Shown: one piece after another, positions 43,588 to 64,000 of the stretch
How the letters are laid out: each line of letters opens with the position of its first letter
How positions within the stretch are numbered: the stretch's first letter is position 1
Assembly: GCF_009914755.1 (NCBI RefSeq)
Contig: NC_060944.1
From: the human T2T-CHM13v2.0 reference genome, Homo sapiens
DNA length: 64,000 nt
Direction: 5' to 3' (one strand)
Translations under genes and position numbers: made by a program
The notes under the pieces: generated by a model
What the model was told of the DNA's origin: nothing
Databases searched by the model: none
Seen by the model: only the letters and a program-made list of their open reading frames with translations

Positions 43588-43701
43588 TAGGGTGACCACG
43601 TGGTTCCAGTTGGTCTGGGACTTTCCTGGTTTTAGCACTAAAATTCTCATGTTCTGGGAAAACCCTCAGTTCTGAGCAAACTGGAATGGTTGGCCACCTT
43701 A
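43588..43701 (+). mobile_element. MER81 (hAT-Blackjack MITE)
   Basis: 114 bp; TIRs tagggtgacca...tggccacctta; internal ttttagcactaaaa. Confidence 0.85.
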
Positions 43702-44417
43702 CCAGGTTGTCCTTAATGCTTGGAAATTCCAGAACATTCTGATGATAGAATGATCCAGTGATGCCCAAATGCAGAGTAAGAAAGAAGGACATCCACATAC
43801 CTGAAGCACCAATTGCAAATGAGGATACCTCATCCTGCTTCAGACTGACAAAAAATTTACTGGGATGTGGCCCAAGAATGTGTATTTCTCCCAGGGGATT
43901 TTTATGTGTACTCAAGTTTAGGAGAACCAAAGTTCTCAAATTGTAGATGGCAGCCCAAGACAGAGGTCCTGATAACAGCCACTGTAGTCAGGTGTAGGAG
44001 AGAAGAGAGGAGAGGAAAAACCCTGGGCGTTGGAGCTGAGCTGGCACCTGACTTCCCATTTATTTCTGGGTAATAAATGACCTCCTGAAGGCTCAGTTTT
44101 TTAATGTATTAAATGGGGATAATTAAAGGCTATAATATGTGTAAAGCCCCTGACATCCAGTAAGTGTCTGATAAATTTTAGTTCCCCTTCCTTAGACTTT
44201 GATGCAGAATTGCAAGAACTGGCCATAAAAAGCAATTCTGCACATGGAAAAACTACTTTTCAGAATATTTCCTCATTAGGACCTCAGTTTCAAAACCTCC
44301 CAGGAAGTATCTTTTAGACATTAACATCTGAAAAATACAATAAAGAGTTGCTCTGTTTCTTTCCAGATGGCTTCTCTTTATGGCTTGGCTGTTGGGAAGT
44401 TCAAAGTCAAATACTGA

Positions 44418-45075
<658 letters not shown>

Positions 45076-45097
45076 CTATTATTGATTTCTTTCAACG

Positions 45098-45895
45098 TTT
45101 TATTTTGTAATCACTATAGTTTCACAGGAAGTTGTAAAGACTGCAGAGAAGTCTCATGTATCCTCCATCTAGTTTCCCCCAGTGGTTACATCTTATAAAC
45201 GGTAGTACGGTGCCAACACCAGGAAATTGGCAGTCCTACAATGAGTGCGTGTAGAGTTCTATATCATTTTGTCACATGTGTAGATTCATGTAACCACCAC
45301 CACAATCAAGATACAGAGCTGTGCCATTACCACAGAGATCTTCCCCAACTTATCCACTTCTAGTTAGCCACACTCTCTCTCCTCTTCACCATCGCAACCC
45401 CTGGCAGCCACTTACCTATTCTTTGTCTTTATAATTTTTTGTCATTTTTGAGAATGTTATATAAATGGAAGCCTACAGTGTATGACCTTTTGAGATTGGC
45501 TTTTTACTTTTTATTTGTTTACTTTTAAGACAGGGTCTGGCTCTGTCACCCAGGCTGGGGTACAGTGGCATGCTCTTGGCTCACCGCAACCTTTGCTTCC
45601 AGGGCTCAAGCGATCCTCCCACCACCTCAGCCTCCCGAGTAGCTAGGACCACAGGCTCAAGTCACCACTAATTTTTTTGTATTTTTTGTAGAGACGGGGT
45701 CTTGTCGTGTTGCCCATGGCTGGTCTTCAACTCCTGAGCTCAAAGCGATCCGCCCACGTCCGCCTCCCAAAGTGTTGGGATTATAGGCATGAGCCACTGC
45801 GCCCAGCCGGGTGGCTTTTTTCTCTTCAATATGCCCTTGAGGTCCATCCAAATTGCGGCATGCGTCCACAGTTCATTCCTTCCCATTGCCAGGAG
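45098..45895 (-). mobile_element. L1MC-type 3' end with AluJ (45501-45808)
   Basis: ttcacaggaagttgtaaa, gtaaccaccaccacaatcaagatacag, ttttgagattggctttt. Confidence 0.85.
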
Positions 45896-46057
45896 TTTTC
45901 CTCATATTATATTATAAGCAATAATATATTATTTTCATTTAAATCACTCTAAAGTAAGTAAAAAATGGAGCTATAAAGACAATGTTTTACTGAAAAAGCT
46001 ACTCATGGCTTTATGCTGCTCAGGTACTGACTTGTCTGATCCTTAAAACAGGCCTGC

Positions 46058-46684
<627 letters not shown>

Positions 46685-46826
46685 CAAGTCTTCGAATAGA
46701 ATAGCAGACATTGCAGAACCATGGCGAGTGGAAACAAGATGAAATATGTCAACCTTTAGGGTATTACCTGTGTTCTTAAATAAAATAGGGCAGATTCAGT
46801 GTTTATAAATAGTGGGGGGGTGAGGG

Positions 46827-48753
<1,927 letters not shown>

Positions 48754-48780
48754 TGTTCATTTCTTTTAAAAACTGGATAT

Positions 48781-49320
<540 letters not shown>

Positions 49321-49552
49321 CCAAAAAGGAGAAGAAGGAAGCAAATAAAAAGAAACCATAACAAACCTCACATTCTGGCTTAGAATAGATATGTGCACCA
49401 ATTATATTTTTCCCCTCTCCTACCAAGCCTTCCATCTGTAATTCTGCTAGTTAATATTCAGAGAGAGAGACTTAGGAAAATATAGTTTGGAGTTTTCTTT
49501 GAAGGCAAGTCTTCCCTTTAGAAGTCCTGATAAAATAAAATTTCTCTATAAC

Positions 49553-50228
<676 letters not shown>

Positions 50229-51579
50229 TAAGTTCCTTTTCTGGGTGTATTTTTATTGTAATGTCCAAGGATACACATGAATAACTGCACATAATTGTAG
50301 GCTAGACCAATATTAGGCAAGCTGCATTCATACATCTCTTTCCTCAAGGCTGTGTTTGCTTGAATTTTCAAATTCTTGGTCACAATGAGTAAGTCAATTT
50401 TCCTCATGCGACTTCACCTTACAAGCAGGTAAGTTCTTAACTATATGCAACATTTGATTTCACCACATGTATGACTTTTCTAAGATTGTAACTCAGGCAC
50501 CAAGGCATCATCAATTGAGGATAAAATTCTTTTGGAAACTCAAAATATTTCAGGAATCTTAAATATTCTACTTACAGATGGGATAAAATGTGTTCTCTGT
50601 CCATGGAACCAGAACATGTGGTGAGCACAATTCCCTGAAAAATAAAAATAAAAAACCCACCCTGTCTCTACATTCTGTGCATTTTGCTGTCTGTATGTTC
50701 TTGAATTGAAAGATCCTCTCTACCAGTTCTGAGAAGCAATTTGTTATTTTCCTCTAAACCCCTCGGTTGTGGCGAGACTTTCCTCCCAGCTGAATCGGTC
50801 TGCTGCAAGAATGTACTTGCGTGATACTTAATCCCTTAGTGGGAGCCCAGATAGAGTTTCTTGCCAGAACTAGAGATTGCCCCTTTTACAAATTCCCCTT
50901 TCTAAGCAAGCTATGATAACCCACATTTGGGGCCTGCAACATCCTTTCAGTGCATTTTTAAACAAGAGAAAAGGGCTCCATCTTGTATCATAAATTACAG
51001 TAACATCCTTTCTAACCACAGAGGTGCAGTTCACATGAGCAGAAACAGTCTATTTCAGGATCTCATGGGTAAGCTGTATACCCATGAACAACTGTATAAA
51101 GTAACTGTTTATAACTCCTAGACCAGTGGCACTCTGGTTAACTGGTTCTAGTGGGTGGAGGCAGAGGAGTCTTGGTTGTGTTTGTCAGTTTCCACGGTGT
51201 AAATATTCCCACCATGTCTAATTTTAGACTGCAGTCTGTGAGGATAGAGTTGAAAAGACATGTGCAAAATCAGCTTTCCAGAGCCAGTACAAAGAGTTCT
51301 GATGCACCACATTCTCAAACCTTCCTTTGACTTGAGACCCAGAACCGAAATCTCTTGAAACAGCAGCATCCTATTCTTTCTTGGACAAAGTTAACAAAAA
51401 TGAGGTTTTGTTACAACCATGATATCTTGTCTCCATCACAAAACCCCAGAGGCCTTGCTAATTCTTTCCAAGTAACAGAATTTACCTAAATTGTGCCAAA
51501 GTTAATATTAAACCTCAATCACTGTTCTGACCCAGGGCATAAACATCCTGAGAAATCAAATGCTTTTTTGTATTAAATA

Positions 51580-51843
51580 CATGTGTACGCACACACACAA
51601 GCTCACACACACATGCGCACACATACACACACAAACACAAGCACACACATATATACAAGCACACACACACACAAACACATACACACAAGCACACACATAT
51701 ATACAAGCGCACACATACACATGCACACAGGCTCAAACACACACATGCACATACACGTACACATGCATTCACACATTTACATACACATATACACAGGCAC
51801 ACAATACACACCTGCACACATACACACACATATACACACACAA
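51580..51843. repeat. Degenerate (CA)n / RY-alternating tract
   Basis: About 260 nt of interrupted CA/TA repeats. Confidence 0.93.
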
Positions 51844-52639
51844 AGCATCTCATTAGTGACTCCCTGCTGTGAAAGGAATTTTATTTAAAAATAATTGTCA
51901 CATGTACTTTAGGACTTGTAATTATTTTAACAAAATGTTCTTGTCATGTTGATGACATTCTAATGACATGTTATTGGTATTTTTGTTCTCCAAATGCGAA
52001 TGTTTCCCAGGAAACTGACCAGTGGGAAGGAAGGTGGGTGGGGAAGTGAAAGTGTGTCAGAAACTGCAAGTTAGAGTTCTGCTTAACTCAGTTTAAGTTC
52101 TAGGGTGACTAACATTTTCTAGGGAGGAAGAGCGTTCTGGTTTCTTAGGAGTAACTGCAAACCCCTTCTCTGGGATCCTCTGAGCTTCCTCTGCATCCTG
52201 AGCAAATGCTTGTGACACAGAGTTGGTGCTTTTGATTTCTTTATCTGATTATCCTATTAGATCAGGCTCTTCATCAAGTAGCTGGCTTCTTTATCTCTTT
52301 AACACTCTCCAGTGTCCAGAAAAGTACCTGAATTTGTGTGTGGAACAAGTGACATGACTTATTTTCAAAATGAAAATGATACCATTGAGATTTCAAGATT
52401 CAAATGAGCTCATATTTTTTATGAATTCATCCTATGCAATTCAGCCCCTTTTAAGGTCTCTACCGTGGCAGCCAACTCTGTTGAAAGTAGCATGGGAGAG
52501 AGTGGTTTTTGCAGATGGCTCAAGCAAATGACAAGGGGGTGATGTGTGGGTTAAAGGCAGCAGGTTAATAGTGTGGGCAGAGAGAGGAATGTGGAACGGA
52601 ATCACAGCTTTGTTGTGGCACTGAATCGCTGTGAGCATT

Positions 52640-52770
52640 GGTTTGCTCAGCTGTAAACTAGGCTCACATCTAAAGCCTAAAGACGTTGTAAAGATTAAAT
52701 GAGATAATACGCATGGAAGGCTTAACAGGCTGACTGGTCCAGGGTCATTTTCACTCAACAAATGTAGTTC
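52640..52770 (+). mobile_element. MIR
   Basis: gttgtaaagattaaatgagataatac. Confidence 0.7.
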
Positions 52771-52824
52771 CTGTCCCTGCCTTCCTCCCTCCACCAACTA
52801 CCTCTTTTTTTTCAGTTAAGTGTG

Positions 52825-54335
<1,511 letters not shown>

Positions 54336-54377
54336 CCTCCTTTTTCAAAAGTGTGTTTGACAGTCTTGGACTCCATT

Positions 54378-54672
54378 CTTTTTTTTTTTTTGAGATGGAG
54401 TCTCGCCCTGTCGCCCAGGCTGGAGTGCAGTGGCGTGATCTCGGCTCACTGCAACCTCTGCCTCCCGGGTTCATGCCATTCTCCTGCCTCAATCTCCTGA
54501 GTAGCTGGGACTACAGGCGCCTGCCACCACGCCCGGCTAACTTTTTATATTTTTAGCAGAGATGGGGTTTCACCGTGTTAGCCAGGATGGTCTCGATCTC
54601 CTGACCTTGTGATCCGCCTGCCTCGGCCTCCCAAAGTGCTGGGATTACAGGCGCGAGCCACTGCACCCGGCC
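54378..54672 (-). mobile_element. AluY
   Basis: TSD ttggactccattctt. Confidence 0.94.
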
Positions 54673-54744
54673 TTGGACTCCATTCTTACCTAAGACATTG
54701 ATGGTATGTGTTCCAGAACAGCCTCCAATCTCCCTCCTTAGGAT

Positions 54745-55310
<566 letters not shown>

Positions 55311-55464
55311 ATCCAGAAAACCCCAACCCACCCTTTTCCAAGAGGGCTTCCCTGTTTCCCTTACCTAAAATGGCCCCCCTCTGTTATTCTCTAGCCCTTG
55401 ATTCAGCTTCAGTTTTCTCATGAGAATTACCAGCATCTTATGGTAACGGATTGCAACGGGGTAG

Positions 55465-55632
55465 ACCCCATCTAAATAACAGAAAATATTAGCCTGGTGT
55501 AGCAGTGTGTGCCTGTGGTCCCAGCTACTTGGGAGGCTGAGGTGGGAGGACTACCTGAGCCCTGAGCCCAGGAGGTCGAGGCTGCAGTGACCTCTGATTG
55601 TGTCACTACATTCCAGCCTGGGCAACAGAGCA
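55465..55632 (+). mobile_element. Tail-less AluJ right arm inside an L2
   Basis: Shares private variants with 53890-54065; L2 tail 'aacagtgcctggtatacagtaggtgctcaa' downstream. Confidence 0.88.
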
Positions 55633-56287
55633 AATTATAAATATTGATTTGTTTATTAACTGTCTCCATGGACTACTCTGTCAGATCAAGGAGGAAGGGC
55701 AGGAACTTAGCTGTAGCTGTATTCCAGTGACTAAAACAGTGCCTGGTATACAGTAGGTGCTCAACAAAAACATATTTAATGACTGTGCAGCATCTGGTTG
55801 CCTTACCTCTGCTTGTCTGCTACCCACTCAACCTGAACCACTGCTGGGGACACACACAGCCTAGTGCAGAAACATGTCTCTAGGTCTGGGAAGGAACTCA
55901 TAAGCAGCCCTTTACCAGAGTCTGCTGACAAACACCAGTGTGAGGGCGTCTGCAGCCAGTGTGGCGAGCCACATCCTCGAGTTGTTTGGGATTCTGGAAC
56001 AATCCAGGTGGTGAATGCTGATTCTGGCCTTGCCCTTCCCGGGGCTTGGTCTGACACATGACCCTGATCCCTAAGGTTCAGGGTGAGCTCTGGCTCACAC
56101 GTGCCAACAGAGGTGAGTAAGGCTCGGAGAGGACAGTGCATGACACACGACAACCATGTTTTAAAACAAACCAGTTTCACTCACTTGCTCCTCATTGTTT
56201 TATGTAAAAACATTGCCTCATGGCGTCCACTGGTTCCACAGCCCGCCTGCTTCATTCCTGATACATGCGTTTGAAGAACTTGAAGTT

Positions 56288-56383
56288 TTCCTCCCTCCTT
56301 CCCTTCCTTCCTTCTTCCCTCCCTACTTCCCTCCCTCCTTCCTTCCCTCCCTTCCTTCCTTCCTTCCCTCCCTCCCTCTCTCC
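56288..56383. repeat. (CCTT/CCCT)n polypyrimidine tract
   Basis: Seen directly. Confidence 0.92.
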
Positions 56384-57057
56384 CTGTTTTCAGGAGCATC
56401 ACAATGACCCTCAACTGAGTGTTATGTCCAAACAGGCTGCAGCTGGCCAAGCTGCCTCCTTCAGGCATTTAGCAAAACAGAAAGCCCCGGGAGCAGGCTG
56501 GAAATGGAAAGCGGGCCCCAGGGTACTTTACTTAACCCTTCAGGCACTTTGAGGTTAAAAGCGCCAACATGAATGCCCTTCGCCAACTCAAAATTGTATC
56601 ATTTGGCAGCATTCCCACTAGTTCGTGCAGGTAAGAAATGAATGGTCTGCTTGCTTGGCAGCGAGCTGCGTGAACTTGGGCAGGTCACTTAACTCCTGTG
56701 AGCCCTGGTGTCTTCATTTTTAAAACAAAGCAGCTGAATCACTAACAACCACAACAAACTGACAAAGTATCTTGAGCGTGGATGTAACATCCATCAGCTT
56801 GAATTCCACTGAACTCACTCTGGAAAGGGGTTTTGCGGGAGAACTCAGGTGTCCTGTGGTGTCTCAGTTTTCCTCTGATGTCCTCAGATTGGTGATTGCA
56901 AAATCCACCAGAGTTGCTGGAAACCAGGCGTCTGTGACGCGGAGGTGAGGAAAGAAGAGGGCAGGTTACCGTAAAGCAGTGGCCGATTCCAAGGCTGGTC
57001 AACATGCTGAAACCCCGTCTCTACTAAAATACAAAAATTAGCCAGGCGTGGAGGCCT

Positions 57058-57222
57058 GGTTTGGCAGTGTCTGGAGACATGTTGGTTTTCCCAATGTGGG
57101 GAGGATCACCATGGGTCATCTAGCGGGTGAAGGTGCTGAGATGCTGCACAATAGACAACGCACAAAGCAATCCCCACAAAGAATTACCCAGCTCCAAATG
57201 TGCACGTGCTTGAGAGACTCTG
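57058..57222 (+). mobile_element. MER20 fragment
   Basis: tttggcagtgtctggagacat...ccccacaaagaattacccagctccaaatgt. Confidence 0.75.
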
Positions 57223-57325
57223 CCTTTCTGGGGGCTGGGGTGAGCCAGGCTGCGAATGCTCCCTTTCTCTCACTAGCCGGCACCCACGATGGGACTTTAG
57301 CTTAGGGACCAGATCCTGGGCCAGG

Positions 57326-57581
<256 letters not shown>

Positions 57582-58269
57582 TGAGTCCCTCGGGTCTAGT
57601 TGTGTTTGCTGGACTTCATTCATGCACTCAACAAACACTGAGCACCCCTCTGCACCTGATCCTGCCATCGGCAGCAGGGGACAATGATGACCATGACAGG
57701 GGACCATTGCCCTTGCTTGCTATAACCTTCCCCAAATGGGATAAAGAGGAATCCCCCGCACCAGGTGGACCAGGGCTGTGGGTGGACAAGGGCTCCTGCG
57801 CAGAACCATCAAATTCTTCCTTTCAACCCCAGCCCAAGGTGGGTCCTGGTGCTTCCCATAGTACCAAGTGTGCCTGGCAGAGGTGGAGAAAACTCCCAGG
57901 GGTCGGGGAGACACTGGGACCCCTGAAACGCCCCTCCCCTCTGCCTTGTGCGGAGTGGTCCCCAGTCACCTGGCTTGTACTAAAGACCCAGCACCTCCAA
58001 CTACTGTGGAATGCGACAGGTCAGGTGAGAATGACGAAAGCTGAGCAGCGGAGCTGGGGGAGGGGATTGCACCACAGACCCCTCAACTCCCACACCCGCC
58101 CTCGGCCTTTCTTCCGCACAAGCTCCTCTTGTCCGCTGTGCTCTTCTCCTCGCCCTCCTTCTCTTCTTCCACAGGTGTCCCAGAGGCGCTGGCTCCACTT
58201 CCCTCCTTCACGTTTTTCCCTCTTAACTCTCTTCCCTGGTCTCTATCTCCAGAGATCTGAATTTCCTTA

Positions 58270-58559
58270 TTTTCTTTCTTTTTTTTTTCTGGGACAGTCT
58301 CTGTCGCCCAGATTGGAGTGTAGTGGCGCAATCTGCAACCATCGCCTCCCCGGTTCAAGCGATTCTCCTGCCTCAGCCTCCTGAGTAGCACGGATTACGG
58401 GCACGCGTCTCCACACCCAGCTAATTTTTGTATTTTAGTAGAGACGGGGTTTCACCATGTTGGCCCGGCTGGTCTTGAACTTCTGACTTGAGGTGATCCA
58501 CCCGCCTCGGCCTCCCAAAGTCCGAGGCGGGTGGATCACCTGAGCCACATCGCCTGGCC
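58270..58559 (-). mobile_element. AluS with internal inverted segment
   Basis: TSD tctgaatttc; 20-bp inverted repeat. Confidence 0.92.
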
Positions 58560-58834
58560 TCTGAATTTCTTTCTTGCCTTAGGCAGAGCAGCTTAGAGGC
58601 CAGTTTCTCTAGGGGTCGCCTGAAGCCATCTTTGCTTCCCACTCTGCAGACCTCCCAGCTGCCCAGGCTGCCTGTTCTTCCTTCAAAATCTATTTCCTAT
58701 TGGTTTCCTCCTCCCATTACCCTGATCCCACCTGGTGCTGGCAAAAACTTCCTTGGCCAACTTCCAGCACCAGCCTAAGGATGCCATGGTCCTCTTCCTG
58801 GAAGCCCAGCCATTCATTCTGCAGCAGTGCATTC

Positions 58835-59090
58835 TAAGGGTGCTGGCTCTGGAGGCAGACGAACTAAACAGCGTCCCGACTGCACCGTTGCCTAGCTGTG
58901 TGACCTGGGACAAGTGACTTAACTTCACTGTGCCTCAGTTTCTTCATCTGTAAAATGGGTACCATGATCATCCCTGCCTCTTAGGGTTGTTTTGAAGGTT
59001 AAACAAATGAGTGAATATATAAAATGCTCAGAACAGTGTCTGGCACATAAGAAGTGCTTGATAATGTTGACAATTCCTTTTATTATTATT
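58835..59090 (+). mobile_element. Near full-length MIR
   Basis: ctagctgtgtgacctgggacaagtgacttaacttcactgtgcctcagtttcttcatctgtaaaatggg. Confidence 0.92.
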
Positions 59091-59126
59091 TTTGTAATCT
59101 TCAAGATTAAGAGTCTACTTCTTGTT

Positions 59127-59428
59127 GGTCGGGTGTGCTGGCTCATGCTCATAATCCCAGCACTTTGGGAGGCCGAGGCGGGAGGATCACTTGAGGCCAG
59201 GAGTTTGAGACCAGCCTGGCCAACATGGGGAAACCCCGTCTCTACTAAAAATACAAAAATTAGCGGGGGCGTGGTGGCGTGCACCTGCAATCCCAGCTAC
59301 TCAGGAGGCTGAGGCAGAGAATCACTTGAACCCAGGAGGCAGAGGTTGCAGTGAGCCGAGATCATGCCACTGTACTCCAGCCTGGGTGACAGAGTGAGAC
59401 TCCATCTCAAAAAAAAAAAAAAAAAAAA
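59127..59428 (+). mobile_element. AluS (Sz-like)
   Basis: TSD aagagt(c/t)tactt. Confidence 0.94.
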
Positions 59429-59729
59429 GAGTTTACTTGTTTCCTTTCCCATAAAGTATTAAACGCTCCATTGCTGCTACCGAAGCTCTCTACGCATGTC
59501 TGCTTCTCCTCACCTATGCAAATCTAGATCTATCATAGGTAGGTCTATCATACAGATCTTCCTCTCATCTAATCCTGAGCTCCTGCTAGACAAGGAGTAT
59601 GTGGAAGGTTTTCAGGAAACACAGCCCCTTCTCTTGAGGGAGTTTATGGTGTGAAACAAAATTCAGGAAAACTGATCACCCAGGTAGATCCCAGTCTGGC
59701 CCCAAGACATTTTGTTTGGCCTTCATGGC

Positions 59730-60230
<501 letters not shown>

Positions 60231-60277
60231 TAATTATTCTTTTTTAAAAATTATTTAATTACACTTAAAAAGTAGGA

Positions 60278-60573
60278 TGCTGGGGATGATGGCTCATGCC
60301 TGTAATCCCAGCACTTTGGGAGACCGAGTCGGGTGGATTACTTGAGGTCAGGAGTTCGAGACCATCCTGGCCAACATGACGAAACCCCATCTCTACTAAA
60401 AATAAAAAAAATTAGCCAGGCGTGGTGGTGTGTGCCTGTAATCCTAGCTACTAGGGAGGCTGAGGCACGAGAATAGTTTGAACGCAGGAAGGGAAGGCTG
60501 CAGTGAGCTGAGATCGCGCCACTGAACTCCAGTCTGGATAACAGAGCAAGACTCTGACTCAAAAAAAAAAAAA
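60278..60573 (+). mobile_element. AluS
   Basis: Full dimer. Confidence 0.92.
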
Positions 60574-60659
60574 AGGGAAAAAATCAAAGTATTTTCTTTC
60601 CCTCTGAGTCTTCCTGTTGGCTGAGAATGGCGCCAGTGATAAAACAGTAGTTTGTCTCT

Positions 60660-61346
<687 letters not shown>

Positions 61347-61357
61347 ATTTAAACTTT

Positions 61358-61416
<59 letters not shown>

Positions 61417-61425
61417 GTATGTGTA
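61358..61425. repeat. (TA)n microsatellite
   Basis: Seen directly. Confidence 0.95.
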
Positions 61426-61658
61426 TAGATAACCATATATATAAGTTTTTTTAATGAATACATGCCATGATACCAAATTCATAGGTACAAAGGATTTTGA
61501 GTCTCCCTTCTGTTTTCAAGTCCCTTCCTGTTTTGAGTCTTCCCTCCTGTTTTCAAGTCCCTTCCCTGTGGAAAACTTATTATTTCAAGTTTCTCATATA
61601 TATTTCCCGAGTTATTTTATGAATCTGGAAGCAACCTCTGTGGTATGTATTGTGTACA

Positions 61659-61974
61659 TTTTCTTTTCTTTTCTTTTCTTTCTTTTTTTGAGATAGAGTC
61701 TTCCTCTGTCGCCAGGCTAGATGCAGTGGCACGATCTCGGCTCACTGTAACCTCTGCCTCCTGGGTTCAAGTGATCCTCCTGCCTCAGCCTCCCAAGTAG
61801 CTGAGAATACAGGCATGAGCCACCATGCCCGGCTAATTTTTGTATTTTTAGTAGAGATGGGGTTTCACCATGTTGGCCAGGCTGGTCTCGAACTCCTGGC
61901 CTCATGTCATGTTATCCTCTCACCTCGGCCTCCCGAAATGCTGGGATTACAGGCACGAGCCTCCATGCCCGGCT
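61659..61974 (-). mobile_element. AluS within an old L1M remnant
   Basis: Alu consensus; flanking 'actgctgcatagtattcc' is L1M-like. Confidence 0.88.
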
Positions 61975-62846
61975 GTTGTTATTTCACAGTGATTTTGGCG
62001 TCACTGCGTACCTGCCAGCACCTCCTCACTCTTTGCCGTAACTGCTGCATAGTATTCCTTTTAATGAATTAATTTCTGTCACCGGTCTCCTATGAATGAG
62101 TATTTAAATAATTTCTGCTCCTGTGCTCTTACAATCAGTGCTGCAACAAATAAACTTGTACGGTATTTCATGTGTGTGGGAGTACTCCTGAGGGAATAAA
62201 TATCTAGGAGTTACACACACATTTTGGAGAAAATAATGAAAAGCAAATCTCCACTGAATTTTCCCATTCAAGGCTTGAGAGGTGATAAAACACATTCTCG
62301 GAGGCCAGTGTCTTGTTTTGGAAACACCACGTTCAAGGAGGCACCCGTCTGCAGCCCCACAGAGGCATGAGGGCCTGCTTCAGATCACTAATCTGGCATT
62401 AATACCCTCCTGAAAGGGGGGCGGAGGACAATAGCACCCAGAGAGTTTACACACTTGAGAAATGACTGGAAAGTAATTGGAGCTGGTAGCCATCTGCCTG
62501 GCTCTTTCTTTAGAGAGCCAGCACGTCTATCCACTGCAGGCACCAGAAGAGCCTCATGTGGGCTTCAGTCTCCGTCAGAGCTCACCCATCATTCTGGGGG
62601 CCCGAGCAGGAGCTGGTTTTCCCTGAAGCTCTCACATTCATCTCCAGGCTGAACTGGCTTTGAAGAAAGATGCCACCTTACCCATCTCCTCTGTCTGCCA
62701 ATGAGAAAAGAGGACTTTTTTTTTTCTGGCCTTTCAGCATTTCACAATATTCTTCAAAATCGTTTCTTCTTTTCTTGGTAAACAATGATCGCTACTTGTG
62801 AAATCCAGTTTTTCATTTCACTTGGAAAGAAAGACTATTTCATTAG

Positions 62847-63232
<386 letters not shown>

Positions 63233-63311
63233 TGAAAGCTATGATGATGATTAATAATAATAATAAAATTATACTAGCTACCATTTGTTGAGAAATTATT
63301 GTTTTACAGGT

Positions 63312-63469
63312 TGCTATGGACTGAATCGTGTCCCCTCCCAATTCATATGTTGAAGCCCTAACCTCAAATGTGACTGTATTTGGAGTGAGAAAGTAATTAC
63401 GGTTAAATATAGTCATAAGAGTGGAGCCTTTATCTGATGGGATTAGTGTCCTTATAAGAAGAGACACCA
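63312..63469 (+). mobile_element. MLT1B-type LTR, 5' part only
   Basis: tgctatggactgaatcgtgtcccctcccaattcatatgttgaagcccta. Confidence 0.85.
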
Positions 63470-63816
<347 letters not shown>

Positions 63817-64000
63817 CTATAAACTGTATATAATATAGCCATATGACAATGCCAGCAAGTTGATAAACAGAAATTTTTTGAACTATGAAAGTTATTTGGT
63901 TGCAAATCCTTTGCAAAAAATGTGTCTGCTCTGTATAGAGTATTGAATGAAAGTATAGCATGTAGATTTTTACAAGCCTACAGGTACATAAATACTTTTG

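Noticed and set aside
51515-51888. Cys/Val- and His/Thr-rich ORFs
   Set aside because: Translations of the CA repeat

Overview
Primate (almost certainly human) non-coding genomic DNA. About 90 Alu/FLAM copies (J, S and Y lineages, many with intact target-site duplications; very roughly 40% of bases by eye) sit on a background of MIR, L2, L1M/L1PB, MaLR LTR (MLT1) and hAT (MER20/81/91A/103) fossils. No protein-coding exon is supported: nearly all long ORFs are Alu or simple-repeat translations. The notable non-Alu elements are: (1) a small CpG-island/promoter-like element at about 4.23-4.68 kb with a perfect 28-bp tandem duplication; (2) a retroposed U7 snRNA pseudogene (12861-12921, minus) with a poly(A) tail and TSD; (3) a polyadenylated LTR-end retrocopy at about 13.6 kb; (4) a near-pristine AluYa5-lineage insertion at 9.7-10.0 kb; (5) several repeat-free islands with enhancer/CTCF-like motifs; (6) several template-switch or gene-conversion scars inside Alus. 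I could not identify the locus and found no evidence of a new multi-gene system. Repeat subfamily calls come from remembered consensus sequences and boundaries are approximate.
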